Part shown: positions 28,034 to 44,066 of the stretch, one piece after another
Numbering within the stretch: the stretch's first letter is position 1
How the letters are laid out: each line of letters opens with the position of its first letter
NCBI RefSeq assembly: GCF_009914755.1
Contig: NC_060935.1
Length of the DNA stretch: 64,000 bases
Reading direction: 5' to 3' (one strand)
From: the human T2T-CHM13v2.0 reference genome, Homo sapiens
Program-made: the position numbers and the translations under genes
The notes under the pieces: generated by a model
Database searches by the model: none
Told to the model about the DNA's origin: nothing
The model's input: only the letters and a program-made list of their open reading frames with translations

Positions 28034-28357
28034 TTTATTATTGTTTTATTTATTCATTTATTTATTTATTTATTTTGAGGCGGAGTCTCCCTCTGTGGCC
28101 CAGGCTGGAGTGCAGTGGCGCGATCTGGGCTCTGCACCATCCACCTCCCTGGCTCAAGCAATTCCCCTGCCTCAGCCTCCCGAGTAGCTGGGATTACAGG
28201 CGCACGCCACCATGCCTGGCTAATTTTTTTGTATTTTTAGTAGAGATGGGGTTCCACCCTATTGGCCAGACAGGTCTTGAACTCCTGACCTCAGGCAATC
28301 CTCCTGCCTCAGCCCCCCAAAGTGCTGGGATTACAGGCATGAGCCACCTCGCCCAGC
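28034..28357 (-). mobile_element. AluS
   Basis: Reverse dimeric Alu, (TTTA)n tail. Confidence 0.92.
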
Positions 28358-30375
28358 TATTATTATTATCTTTGTTTACTAACAAATGTTTATCTTTATT
28401 TCATAAAATCTAATCACTGCCCTACTTTCAAGCTTTTGTCTTCATAACCTTGCAAACATTATCCACCCCATGCCTTCACTTTCTTGTGCCAAAACTCCAT
28501 TTGCGTTTCCTCTGTCAAACTGGCTCTGTCACTCATGACTCCACTTTAGCTCATCCTGCACTCATCCACTTCCCTTTCCAGTCTTTATTTTCAGCTCACT
28601 CTGCTACCCAGTCCTTGCCTCTTGAATCCCTCTCCCCACCTCAAAATTTCCCTTTCTATTTGACCTTCACCACTATGTTTTGTCTCATCTTTCATGCCTA
28701 AGACCACATGTCGATCCTTTCCAAAGCTCCAACTTCTTAATTTCTCCATAACAGGTCTGTCTGATTCCACGGCGCTGGTTCTCTTAACCCCTACATTCCT
28801 TACGACCTTGTGTTTTCACTCCTGCTTGTTTTCTTTCTCAAGGTCTAGGTCAGTTATTTCCTACAGAAACCTGCCCAAATTTCATTGACCTATGGTTTTC
28901 AGTTCTATGAGCAAGCCACAATTGACTACTCACAAAGGAGATTTATTAATACGGAAGGAGTGCTCCCATGATAACTTATTGGTCACTGAATATGATTTAG
29001 CATACTAATATAAAATTCGGAAGTAAACAAATGTTAAAAGCAAAACACAACTATAATGGGATACTGATTAGAGGTAATAAAACCTCAAACTAATCATTTG
29101 AGAAATCAGATCAGTTAAAGTTAATTCTTTTTACCCTACATCAAAGTGTTCCCTTTTGTCTGTCCAACTCAGAGGTTACCCTACATCAATAATTGTTAGT
29201 ATTAGTGATAATAACAATTAGTTACAGATCTTATAAGTCCTTTCTTCTCAAATCTGCAATTTTGGTAGTTGGTGCAAAGTAGATATATCTGATTAAGAGA
29301 ACAGTAGGCATAATTCTCTCTCGACCATTTAACACCAAACAATCTTTTCTCTATGTATGTAGACCAGTACATTTCTTGTGGCCCCCAGGATCACATTCCT
29401 TTGTAATGATAATATACAGTGAAATGAAAAGTACATGAACAGAGGGGTCACGTGAAGAGATGACCCTCTCTAGATTGGGAAGAATCACTACCCTCTAGAG
29501 ACCCTGAGTATAATTTCCTCTGGTTTTATTTCTGCCCAGACCCTCTACTTCAAGACCTATCCTACTCAACGTGTTCAGGATGCTTTCAACACACAGAGAT
29601 GTAAATTATATACCTAGCAAGAGAAAATACCGAGGTTTCATTTACACTCAACTGTAACTCTGCAAGGGTGAGGTTAGTGATTTTTTTTTTTTTTAAAAAA
29701 GGAACTGTTAGTCAATAGTAGGTATCAGACCTAAAGATTGAAAATTATCACTACCCTATAGACTTCTAATTTTTATTTAAGCTATGTGTGAGATATTATT
29801 ATTATTGTTGTTAGCAGCAGCAACTAAACATTGATTATTCTAGGCAATGTGTTAAGGGCTTTATGTGGGTTACTTTAGTTCATTTAGTTTTAACTACCCT
29901 ATGGAGTTGGTACTCTTATTATCCCTACTTTGAGAAAACTGAGGTTTCAAGAGGTCAGGTCATTTGCGTTTGGTCACACTGGTGGAGGGAGGAGTTTCAT
30001 TTCCAGTTTGTCAGATTCCAGAGCCAATGCTGAAATACCTCATTCTACTCATGATCAAGTTTTGCAGCTCTTGGCTTATTAGTGCATTAAATCCTTGTAG
30101 CAGGCATTCTCTGAAGCCAAACACAGGTCATAGAGCTTCTGGGAAGCACCTGAAGTTTCTTGTGACCTAGAAGAGAAGTAAATCTCTCCAGGACCCAGAG
30201 CAGACACTGACTGATCCTAATTAGGGCTCAGTTTTGGACTCAGAAGCCCCTCAAAATAATGCTCCGTGCTTTGGAGTTGCCATAAAAGGTGAAGCCTATT
30301 TCCCAGCCCTGGCCTAGAGGATAAGGATGTTCAAACACCTTTTTTGCAGCACAATTGTGTCAAAATCCTTTCCAA

Positions 30376-30666
30376 TTTTTTTTTTTTTAAGAGACAGGGA
30401 CTTGCTCCATCACCCAGGCTGGAGTGCAGTGGTGCAATCACAGCTCACTGTAACCCCGAACTACTGGCTCAAGCAATCCTCCCACCTCAGCCTCTTGAGT
30501 AACTGGGGCTATAGATGTGTGCCACCATGCCTAATTTTTTAATTTTTTGTAGAAATGGGTTTGCTATGTTGCCCAGGCTGGTCTCAAACTCCTGGGTGCA
30601 AGCAACCCTTTCACCTTGGCATCCTAAAGTGCTGGGATTACAGGCATGAACCACCACGCCCAGCCT
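30376..30666 (-). mobile_element. AluJ
   Basis: Reverse diverged Alu. Confidence 0.9.
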
Positions 30667-31079
30667 CCAACTTTCTTGTATTTGAACAAAATTACTCATT
30701 TATTTTTAATATACTTAAAAATATCCTCTCTTACTGAATCCTTATAACAAATTTGTGAATTAAGTAGGAATTATCATTCCCATTTTTTCAGATGAGGAAA
30801 CTGTATCTCATGCAAGTGCCTTACTGAAGTCACATGAATAATCTATATGGTGGCACTGGCTACTCATACTCATATGATCTGATCCCAAACCCTCTTCTTT
30901 CCATTATTTTTTTTTACCGTTATTTCACTAATGTACATATCTTCAGTTAGATGGTAAACTCTCTGAAGAAAGGAAACTTGTCTTAGACATTCCATGCCTT
31001 TCATTGTATATGGCATGACACTTTGCACATAGTTATGAATTGATTTATGATATACCAAGGTGGAAAACTAACTATATAA

Positions 31080-31708
<629 letters not shown>

Positions 31709-32386
31709 CAAGTTATCTAATCTCTTTGTACCTTAGTTTCTTTCTTGGTAAAAGGAAAATAACAGCAACAATAACAATACCCATTGCCTAGGGTTGCTGT
31801 AAGAATTAGGTGAATTAATATTAATAGTTGTGATGCATTTAGAATGATGTCTAGCACTTAGTAATCCTTATTGTTGCTGCTACTATTCTTTTGTGGTTAT
31901 AGAGAATTTCCTGGAAGACTCCTGTTGATGCTGGTAGCCAAATGAGGTAGAAAAGTATCCCACAGGATGAGAGGCCATTGCAAAATGCTGGCTTTCAGGA
32001 TCTCAGTTACATGGTACATAAAATAGGCTGAAGAAAATGAGGTCTTTTACACAACTCCAATTCACTCCACTGATACTGTCTGTGATTCTGACCTGACTAG
32101 ACAAACAAACCTCTGTCATAGAGTAGCCTTAGAGTACTTGAGAACTTCCTAGGGCAGCCAAACCTGTAGAACAGCTGTCAGAGCTGAAGCCTAAACTCAC
32201 TGATGTTATCAAATGCCTTGGTAAAATCAACAAATTAAATTTTCAAGGTGTTCCTGAATTTGTTCCATGTCTGTTCTCCTGCACAGGTCATATCCACCAA
32301 TGTAGCTGCAACTTAAAACCACTCATTCATTTCTTCTTTCAATTACTGAGTGTTCAGTTTGTGCCAGGCAGTGGGGATACACAGCC

Positions 32387-32746
32387 TGATATGGTTCGGT
32401 TGTGTCCCCAACCAAATCTCATCTTGAACTGTAGCTCCTATAATTCCCACGTGTTGTGGGAGGGACCCAGTGGGCGATGACTGAATCACGGGGGCGGTTT
32501 CCCCCATACTGTTCTCGTGGTAGTGAATAAGTCTCATGAGATCTGATGGTTTTATAAGAGGTTTTCCCTTTAGCTTGGCTCTCATTCTCTCTTGCTTGCC
32601 ACCATGTAAGATGTGACTTTCACCTTCCGCCATGATTGTGAGGCCTCCCCAGCCACATGGGACTGTGAGTCCATTAAGCCCCTTTTTCTTTAAATTACCC
32701 AGTCTTGGGTATCTCTTTATCAGCAGCATGAAAACAAACTAATACA
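32387..32746 (+). mobile_element. THE1-type (THE1C-like) MaLR solo LTR
   Basis: TGATATGG...ccaaatctcatcttgaa...ACTAATACA; 5-bp flanks CAGCC/CAGGC. Confidence 0.9.
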
Positions 32747-33389
32747 CAGGCCCTGCCTGAGGAGCCCACACCAATCTGGACAAAAAGCCCAGTGTAAGAA
32801 GTGCCACATTGGAGGTGTGTTCCTAAGGGTACAGAGCTGGCAGTATCACTGGACAGTAGCCAGAGTTTGTTCAGAGATAAGGAGTAGTCAAGTGGCCCAG
32901 GCATGCTCCTAAACATCCTGCAATACGCAGGAGTCCAAAATGTCAATGGTGCTGAGATTGAGAGAAACCCTGGGCTAGATGATCTCTAAGTGTTTCTCTA
33001 GCTCTAAAATTTCTATGTTTTCTGAAATTTCTATGTGTCTTTTGCTTCTTTTAAGCTTATGCAAATGTTTAAGTAGCAGCTTCCTTCTTTTTTAAGTGGA
33101 AGATCATCTAATAATATAGTACAACTTCCCATGAAATAGTGGAATCTGCTTGTACCATTCCTGCCTGGCTGCCAACCAAGTGATGAGAAGTTCATCACCT
33201 CAAATCTTGGGGAGAATCGCTATGGCATCCATGGTCAATTTCCAGCTCTCTGTGGGGTTGAGGGGATAGAACTTCCTTGAATAAGTAAGAGAAATCTACA
33301 CGTCATGCAGAAGTCTTATTTTAGATATTACTTTAAAAATTTAGAGATAGTGCTTTCATTATTTTTTTCTTTCTCTCTCTCCTTTTTTA

Positions 33390-33728
<339 letters not shown>

Positions 33729-34442
33729 TAATAGCTATTCATGGGGAGCAACAGTCACTGGGTTCCATTTCCCTTATTTGCCCAGCTCTTGCCTTTTAGA
33801 CTGACATGCTCCAAGCAGTGAAATGGTTTCGTGCAAGTGGGAATCAGGACTGTCAAAGTAAGATGTCTATTAATCCCTAGACTGGATTTTCAAATCCCCA
33901 AAACTTCAAATTAGCTCCACTTCTTTCAGGCATTTGCCTTTCTTTTTACATTCCTTTTCTGCCTCAGACCCCGTGGCTCTCAAACGGCAGAGGATGGTCA
34001 GTCTGAATACTTCCCCTAGGAAAACCGAGAGTACAGAAGCATCCTGGAGCAGGGCTCTGTCCTCTCAGAGGGCAAAGCTGGATGGGGAGGTCATGCCACT
34101 TCAGTCCACTGCTTAGTTAAAGCAGAGTCTCCGCAGGTGGCGAGCAACTGGGGTCCATGTGCAAACAGCACATCAGAGCTGAGGAGCTGCTGGCATTACT
34201 GACTTCATGCTGTGGAGTTCCAAAAACCCAGGCTTTCTAATCCTCAGTCTGCTATTTACCAGGGTGACCTTGAGCATGATCTTTAACTCGTTAAACCTCA
34301 CTTTCTTCATCTTTAAATTGGGGAGAATAATAGTACCTCTTTTATAGAGTTTCTCTGGGGATTAAACGAAATGATCTGTGTCAAGTGCCTGGAGGACAGT
34401 AAGTTCTCCATTAGAGTGTAGCAATTTTTAGTGCTGGTGTCA

Positions 34443-34844
<402 letters not shown>

Positions 34845-35625
34845 TCACCAGAATTTTACCTCATGCTTTTTGCAAAGAGAGAGGGAGGGAGAGAGAGAGA
34901 GAGAGAGAAAGAAAAAGGGAGGACCCAGTACTAAGGCTTCGATCCACTGATAAATATACTTGCTCTCCTCCTGCCCGCTTTCAAAACCTTCCTAAAGGTC
35001 CCTTCCAAAACTCTCCATTTCTTTTATCTCCAAACCATACGAGTTACACAGGAAGACACAGGAATGTGTAGATCAAAGTTATGACCATGAAAAAGCAGAA
35101 ACAGAACACTTAAGCTTCTTTATCTTGTCAGCATCCGAACATGGTGACAAATTTAAATTTTAGCCTCTGAGGAAGCATCTCGCTGGGTCAACCCTCATGC
35201 GAACTTTTTCCTGCATCTCACCTATGAGAGGCTTCCTCTTTGAGTACAAATGATAACCACACTCAGAAAGGATCTGGTGCAAACCCATCCTGGCTGGCAA
35301 ACGTGGCTGTGGCTGCCTCTGGCCGCCTCCTCTGCCCAACACCTCAGGGCTGTACAGGGGCAACACGTGGCAAAATATCAGAGATGCCACTGATGGCATA
35401 AGTGGAAACATGATGGCCTCACTCCTTCCTGGCAGAGAATTCCAGTATCAAAGTCAACTGGAAGCCAAATATAATTGGGAAAATTTGAACTCTTAGGGAG
35501 AAATCCAAGCTTCTAAAATAAATTTAAAACTGAGCCGAGGGGAATACTACTGAAATAGGTAGCCACCCTGGGATTACATAAATTCTGAATTTCTTAGAGT
35601 AACCTGTAGTTATCTGGTTACTTAC

Positions 35626-35674
35626 CACAGCAGCTCCCCTCACAGGCATAGGAGGTCCTGCATGGCCATCACAT
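35626..35674 (-). CDS. EXPH5: EXPH5 exon 4 (49 nt)
   Basis: Acceptor TTTCCACAG|A, donor GTG|GTAAGT; reads (G)CDGHAGPPMPVRGAAV. It is the exon needed to bridge the phase-2 end of exon 3 and the phase-0 start of exon 5. Confidence 0.9.
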
Positions 35675-36154
35675 CTGTGGAAATAATTTGAAATGATTTC
35701 TTTGAAGAAGAGCCTAACTTTTACCAGGCGGAAAAATCAACAGCACATTTGCCATAAGATTTTGACACCTTGAGAAGATCTATTTCTAATTCACTGTAGA
35801 AAGATGTTTCTTCGTTAGTGCATTATTGAAAAAAATTAGAAACTGTTTCCTATGATTACCCAGAATCAATACTTTACATCTTTGTCCCTCAGGTAGCCAA
35901 GAAAAAATTACATATTAGTGGATTTGCATTTGAGCACAACATGACACATAAAATATAATAGCTATGTTTGTTGCACTGTTTATTCTGTGTCAGGCCTGAT
36001 CTTTGTGCGTGTTAATTCATTTAGATACATCACTCTCCTGAGATGGATATTATGGCTACTCCCATTTTACGGATGAGAAGATGGAGGTACAGAGAAGTCA
36101 GAATACATAGTTAGTTGCTGAGCTAGGAGTTGGGCAAAGTCTGTCTGGATCTAG

Positions 36155-36492
<338 letters not shown>

Positions 36493-36824
36493 AGAGCCCT
36501 CTTTCTTAACCAGTAGAGCATGCTGACTTTTTCTCCTAATAGGAAACAAATTTTCTGTTTCTTTGCATTTTTATTTTAAAGAGCAATTAAGTAACGACCA
36601 GATTTAACAGTACATAATTTAAAGTAAAAAAAAAAAGAGAGAAAAAAACCACTACAACAACAAAGATTGCTTTAGGATGCTGACTTCTATAAAGATGGCT
36701 GACTTACTAGGAAACCATTTTGGAAGTGAACAAGTATTCTTTTACTATTTGTGTTGCTTTCTCAGATTCAACGAGAAGGTGACAAATTTAAGGCCTAGGC
36801 CCAGAATTGAGATAAATTTTAATC

Positions 36825-37350
<526 letters not shown>

Positions 37351-38798
37351 GATTTAATAGACCATAATGACTGAGAGCTCTGTATGAAATCAGGCCCTTT
37401 CCTCCACTGACAGAACAGTAATGGGGATCAAGAGCTAAAGAAACTGGGTCTCTAGATCAGATCAATTAAAAGTGGCAAGGCACAGTTGTCCATTCAAACT
37501 TCCAGCAGCTTCATGGTTCATAAAAGTTGAACATAAAACCTGGGAGACCAAATACTCTTATACCCTTAAGATAACCACATGTATTTTATAGTTTAGCTCA
37601 GATTTTAGCAGAAATTGAAATGAAAACTATGGATTTTTCCATATAACTCTGAAATACTGGATCTACTAATAATATCTAGGAGTTAAATACTGCTTTTATT
37701 TTTATTCTTCTTTTCCATACACATTTATTGAGCCTGTTTTCCTCCTACACTCTACATACTATGTTGAGCTCTTTGGAGGAAACAAATATGACTCAGATAG
37801 GGACCCTGTTCTCTGAGAGCTTTTAGGAAACAGCAGATATGTAAAGAGCCAAAACCTAAGTCAAGACTTGATAAGGACGATGAAGAGGTATAAGTAAAAT
37901 GCATGGGAAATGCATAGGGGCCAGCAAGCACTTCCTGGGACAAACAGGGAAGGCAATAGGAAGATGGCAGTGGAAGTGGTACAAGAGGCTAAAGAATAGC
38001 CTGAGCAAAAGCTTGGGCACAGCAAGGGAGGCCGGGGACTGGCAAGTAATCCAATATGCCTGGAGCCAGGACTACATGCCAGACTGTGAAGGTTCTTTCT
38101 GGAATCCTGCTGGGCTACAGCCCTCATGGTGCATCCCCACAGTCCGACACTCACCAGCTCACCAGGTACCCCTTCTGATTTGGAGTGATGGCAGCAGGAG
38201 CAGGTTTCTGAGAATGGCAGGTGTGTGGGAGATGCAGCTAAAGGGCCAGAGGGTGCCTGGAGCACAGCTGGGATGCTACCACCAAGCGTGAGGGCGTGCC
38301 GCTAGTGGAAGGACACATACTTGCCTAAGGGTGCCATGGTTGTGTGTGCTCCTGTGGACTTGGGTAGAAGAGTATAGGACTCAGCAGTTTTGGGGGCCCA
38401 GAGTCTCTGCACCCACTCCCAGGCCTTCCCACAAGTTAATTTATGTTTCTCATGTGAAGAGTTTCCACTTAGAGAGTGAATAAAAGCAACAGTGGTATCA
38501 TGAAAACTATGCTGGTAAAAGGCCCCTGGACTTGGTCATTTCAAGGGATACTAAGTTACCTCATCTTTTGCATTTACCCACAAGTTCTATTGATGCTGTA
38601 TCTGAGAGATTTCACATATATCCCCACTTCACCACCTCCAGTCATTCTGCCTGACAGTCAACTTTCACAATTTCTCTTCTGGACTCCTCTCCATCCTTCA
38701 CATCACCAATAGAAAGATATGTCTAAAATGCAAATTTGATCTTATCAACTTCCTGCCTAAAAATCTTACAATAAGGTGTTATCCAAAATCTTAACATG

Positions 38799-38925
38799 AG
38801 GCCCGGCGCAGTGGCTCACGCCTGTAATCCCAGCTGAGGTGGGCAGATCATTTGAGGTCAGGTGTTTGAGACCAGCCTGGCCAATATGGTGAAACTCTGT
38901 CTCTACTAAAAATACAAAAAATTAA
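38799..38925 (+). mobile_element. Alu left-arm fragment with internal deletion
   Basis: Flanked by AAAATCTTAA(C/T)ATGA direct repeats. Confidence 0.8.
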
Positions 38926-39671
38926 GAAAATTTTTAAAAATCAAAATCTTAATATGACATAAGGCTTTTCTTTAATCTGGCAAACTTCCCTGGATAATCC
39001 AGAACCCTTTAAGTCTCATCTGCTCACATTCCACTCTTCCACAGGTACTCTAGACTTGTCAAATTAATTCCACCTCCATTAAATATTCTCTCATTTCCAT
39101 ACCTTTATAGATACCATTCAGAAATTCTCACTCAATAGAGTAGGATGGGGCTCAAGAATATCCTTTTCTAACTGGAACCCTGGGTGATTTCCCCCCAAGT
39201 GTTGGTGGGGCACACTTTACCCACTGAGGAGGACCTCCACCTGGATGGCCACAGGCCATTGAGATCCTACTTGTCCAAAACGGAATCTATGTCCTCCTTC
39301 CCTCGCAGTCCTTCCTATCCACCTAATCAACAAATCCTGTTGATTCAAACTCAGAAATCCCTCTCAAACCCATCCACATCTCTACATCTCCCTGCATTTA
39401 CCCTAGTTAAGACATTTATCATCTTTTGGCTTTTTTGCTGTAATAGCCTCTTAACTATCTTCTGTGTCCAAGTTTTTGTCCCAATCCAATCAATCCTTTA
39501 TACTTTATTCAGAGTGATCAATATAAACTGAATCACGCCACTTCCCTGCAGTCTTCCATTTGTTCTCAGGTGAAAGTTGAAACTTTTTTCTGCATTCATA
39601 AAGCCCTGTATGATCTAGTTCCTACATACTTTCCAGCCTCATAAGTCCTAGATCCCTTCTGCCATAGAGAA

Positions 39672-39827
39672 TTTTTTTTTTTTTTGAGACAGGGTCTTGC
39701 CTAGTTGCCCAGGCTGGAGTAGAGTGGCATGATCATGGCTCACTGCAGCCTCTACTTCCTGGGATCTAGCAATCCTCCTACCTAAGCCTCCTGAGTAGCT
39801 AGGACTACTGGTGTGCACCACCACACT

Positions 39828-39892
<65 letters not shown>

Positions 39893-40017
39893 TTTTTTGT
39901 AGAGATGGGGTTTCACTACGTTGGCCAGGCTGGTCTTGAACTCCTGCGCTCAAGTGATCTGCCTGCCTTGACCTCCTAAAGTGTTGGGATTACAGGCGTG
40001 AGCCATCATGCTTGATC
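39672..40017 (-). mobile_element. AluJ with expanded (TA)n(T)n linker (39830-39898)
   Basis: Reverse Alu; about 22 TA units followed by a long T run. Confidence 0.9.
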
Positions 40018-40620
40018 TGGGATTTTTACTTGTAACCCAATGACACAGGACTGTAATGAAACTATTAATAGATAATGATCAACCTCATCATTTGGCCAGT
40101 TTCTCTTGAAGCAAGGCTAGCCAATAAAAACTTTGTATGACCATTTAAACAAAACGAAACGAAAAACAAAAACAAACAAAGCTTCCTTCACTCAGACCAT
40201 CCTCTCTGCCGATGAAAGCCCAGCCTGCCATAGAAAATCAGATAGGCCTCTGAGCCTATGCACATTTTGTTGTTTTGCCTAAAACACTTTTCTACCATCT
40301 CTTTGCCTGGATGACTATCTCATACTTGAAGAATCACTAGAAATGTCACTTTCTCCGGGAGCCCTACCTGGACTTTGTCTGTATGTGCTCCCGCAGCGTA
40401 TGGAGTTTCCCCATCTTAGCATTGTTCTTGTGTGTTTCTCTACTTCCTTCTTGTTGTCCTCACAAGAGTACAGCCTGGGAATGCAAGCCCTGTTTTGTCC
40501 CGCAGTGCTGCACATGGTATTCTTCAGGCAGTTTTGCTGAATAAATTAATGAATGCATTCATTCTTACCTGTACGACTTCTGCTCTTCCTCAGATTCTTC
40601 ATGATCATCTATCTACCTAG

Positions 40621-41005
<385 letters not shown>

Positions 41006-41159
41006 TACATTCTAAATCTTGCACAAATCTGCCCCTTTTTTTGTTTTCCTTCTTGCCTCTACCTTAGTTTAGGCCACCATTATCTCAGCAATCTCTACTT
41101 GGTCTCCCTGACCCTAATTTTGCCCCCTCAAATCTATTCTTTGCACTACAGCTAGAGGA

Positions 41160-41662
41160 AAGTTTCTCAGTCTCTACACTGTTGACGTTTCTTTGTCGTG
41201 GTGATCTGTTGTGAGCATTGTAGGATGTTTAGCAGCACCCCTGGCCTCTACCCACTGGATCCCAATTGCACCCTCCCCTCTTCAGTTGTGGAAACCAAAA
41301 ATGTTTTCTTTTTATTGAGATAGGGTCTTGCTCTGTTGCCCAGGCTGGAGTGCAGTGGCACAATCACAGCTCACTGAAGCTTGACCTTCTGGGCTTAAGC
41401 AATCCTCCTGCCTCAGCCTCCTAAGTAGCTAGTACTACAAGTGTGTACCACCATGCCTGGCTAATTTTTTAATGTTTTGTAGAGGTGCAGCCTGACTATG
41501 TTGACCAGGCTAATTTCAAACTCTTGGCCTCAAGTGAGTCTCCCGCCTCAGCCTCCCAAAGTGTTGAGATTACAGGCGGCCACCACATCTGACCCAAAAA
41601 TGTTTTCAAATGTTGCCAAATGTCCTTTGGGTAACAAAATCACCGTTGGTTGAAAACCATTG
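41160..41662 (+). mobile_element. MER20 DNA transposon split by a reverse AluJ (41309-41593)
   Basis: gcattgtaggatgtttagcagcacccctggcctctacccact...ttgccaaatgtcc...ggttgaaaaccattg; Alu TSD CCAAAAATGTTTTC. Confidence 0.88.
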
Positions 41663-43783
41663 AGGTACAGTAATCTCTCTAAAATGAAGACCCAATTATG
41701 TCACTTCTCTGTTTAAAAATCATCAATGGATGCATGTACACACATGGAAATATGCCAAAGGGTAGTGTTTGTCCAGATGAACTGGCTTTGGGTGATTTTA
41801 TCTGTCATGTGTATAAAACAAGGAGAAGAGTGGTATTATTTTAAAAGTATTAATGGTTCCCCACTGTCTACAGGAATGAGTCCAAGCTCCTTAGTATGGC
41901 ATTGCTCATATAAGGCCCGTGTGTTGTGGCCTCTGCCAACCTCTCCTGCCCCATCCCTTAACAGCCCTCACCTTGTACTGGGTCATTGAACCTCAGTGAC
42001 CTAGATGAATTCCTGCCTTCTCCACTCTCTGCACCTTGGTTTATGTCATTTCTTTTGCTGAGTGCAGCGTCTGGATTCTTAATTGCCTGGCTTAGTCTTA
42101 TTTGTTTTTCAAAAATTAGCTCTCTTCTTCCAGGAAGGGATCTTGATCCTCTAGTCTGAGTTAAGTGGTTCTACATGTTTTCCTGGCAGGAACATCATGT
42201 GTCACCATAGTACTCACCACCTTCTACTGTAATTGTCACTGTACCCAGCTGTTACCTATGCAGCTAGGCCACATGGCATCCCTGTGTGAATTCTAAAGGG
42301 CACTCCTTTCTCAAGACCCCTTCTTGTCATTTGCTGGAAATTGCCATAAGATGTGTACAAATCCATGATGGTCATGATGCAGGTGGCACATCCTAAAGTT
42401 CTGTGGCGTGCTGCCTGCCTGACCTATGCAGCAATATGGTGTTCCCTACCAGAATATAAAATCCTCCAGGCAGGGACTTTGCTTTCATTTCACTGTTTTG
42501 TTTCCAGCACTTAACATAGGGTCTGATCCAGAGTGGGACAGAAGCTTGATAAATAAATGAAAGGAAAGCTATCACCTGGCTTTTATCCCCCATGCCAAAA
42601 ATTCTGACAGCCCTTACCAGAGTGGGAGGAAGCTAAGCTGCAGCAGTTCCGAAATTTGAATGAGCACCCAAATATTCTGGAGAATTAAAAATAAATAAGT
42701 AAAGCTCCCTGTGCCTTACTTCAAAAGCACCAGGTTGGAGCCTGATTATGTGTCTTCATTTAACAATTGTTGATGAGATTCTAATAATGATCGGTCAGAC
42801 CAGCTGGGAACCATAAGCCACCCAGGATAAAACTTAAAACCACTCCCCTCGTCTTGTTTCTCCCTCTTGCCACCACAATGCTGCCTTTTATCTGTGGACA
42901 CCATGCCTGGAATCACAGAAGGAGCATTTCCAAAGAAGGAGCTTGCTTTCTCTGACTTCTCCTGCAATCTAGGTGTCTTAGATTCCCATGTCTTCCAACT
43001 CAGACATAGGCACTCAACTAGCAACGAGCAAGAGTACACAGTGGGGCATTTGGAAGGAGGAGGGAGGCAGGTGGAGAGAAGGCGGGTAACAGAGAGAGAT
43101 CAAGAGACAGAGAGAACAGGAAAAAAAAAGTGATCTGCCCTTTTAATTTTCCAAAATAGAATTTGACCTTTTTACTTATGTAATCTAGAGGTTGCAGCTG
43201 GACTGTCTGAGCCGTGTACGACCTATGGGTCAGGCAAATTTGGACATGCCTGAGAGTAGCTAGGTGGATCCACCAAGGCTCTTTGCATCTGAAGGGCAAC
43301 GCATATCACTTATTCATAGTAGGGAGGGCATCACTGGAATAACTGGGGGTCTGGAACAAGAAAGGAACAACTATAGATTCTGCTTGGCAGCTGAGAAGAC
43401 TGCATGTATAAGCTGATGACGTACACCATTGGATGCCCTGTGGAAGGCATTTGTGAGATTACGAAGTTACTGAAATTCTATGTTAGGGGCTGAGCACATG
43501 TTACATGCACTAGATACCCTAGAACAAGATCCGTGCAAACATGACTTGCAGGAAGATGTTGAGGGAAAGCTACATGTACATATGTATACTTTTCTTGGAT
43601 TTATTGGCTAGGAATGTATACATTAAAACATGAATGGAAAATATTTTTCTTTTTTCCTGTGGTTGGAATGGAGCCAATCATTTACAAATAGGATTAAAAT
43701 CATAACGGGACAGTTTGGGAAGTGTATATGTTTGAGAAGAGGAGCAAATCATATTTGAGGCAGAAGTGGTAAATCTTTTTGCC

Positions 43784-44066
43784 TTTTTTTTTTTTTTGAA
43801 ACAGGGTTTCACTCTGTCACCCAGGCTGGAGTGCAGCGGCTCACCGTACCCTCCACCTCCCAGGCTCAAGTGATCCTCCTACCTCACCCTCCCAAGTTGC
43901 TGGGACTACAGGCTCGCACCACCATGTCCAGATAATTTATCTTTTTGGTAGAGATGGGGTTTCACCATGTTGCTCAAGCTGGTCTCAAAATTCCTGGGCT
44001 CAAGTGATCCTTCTGCCTTGCCCTCCCAAAGTGCCGGGATTACAGGCGTGAGCCGTCATGACTGGC
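43784..44066 (-). mobile_element. AluJ
   Basis: Reverse diverged Alu. Confidence 0.9.
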
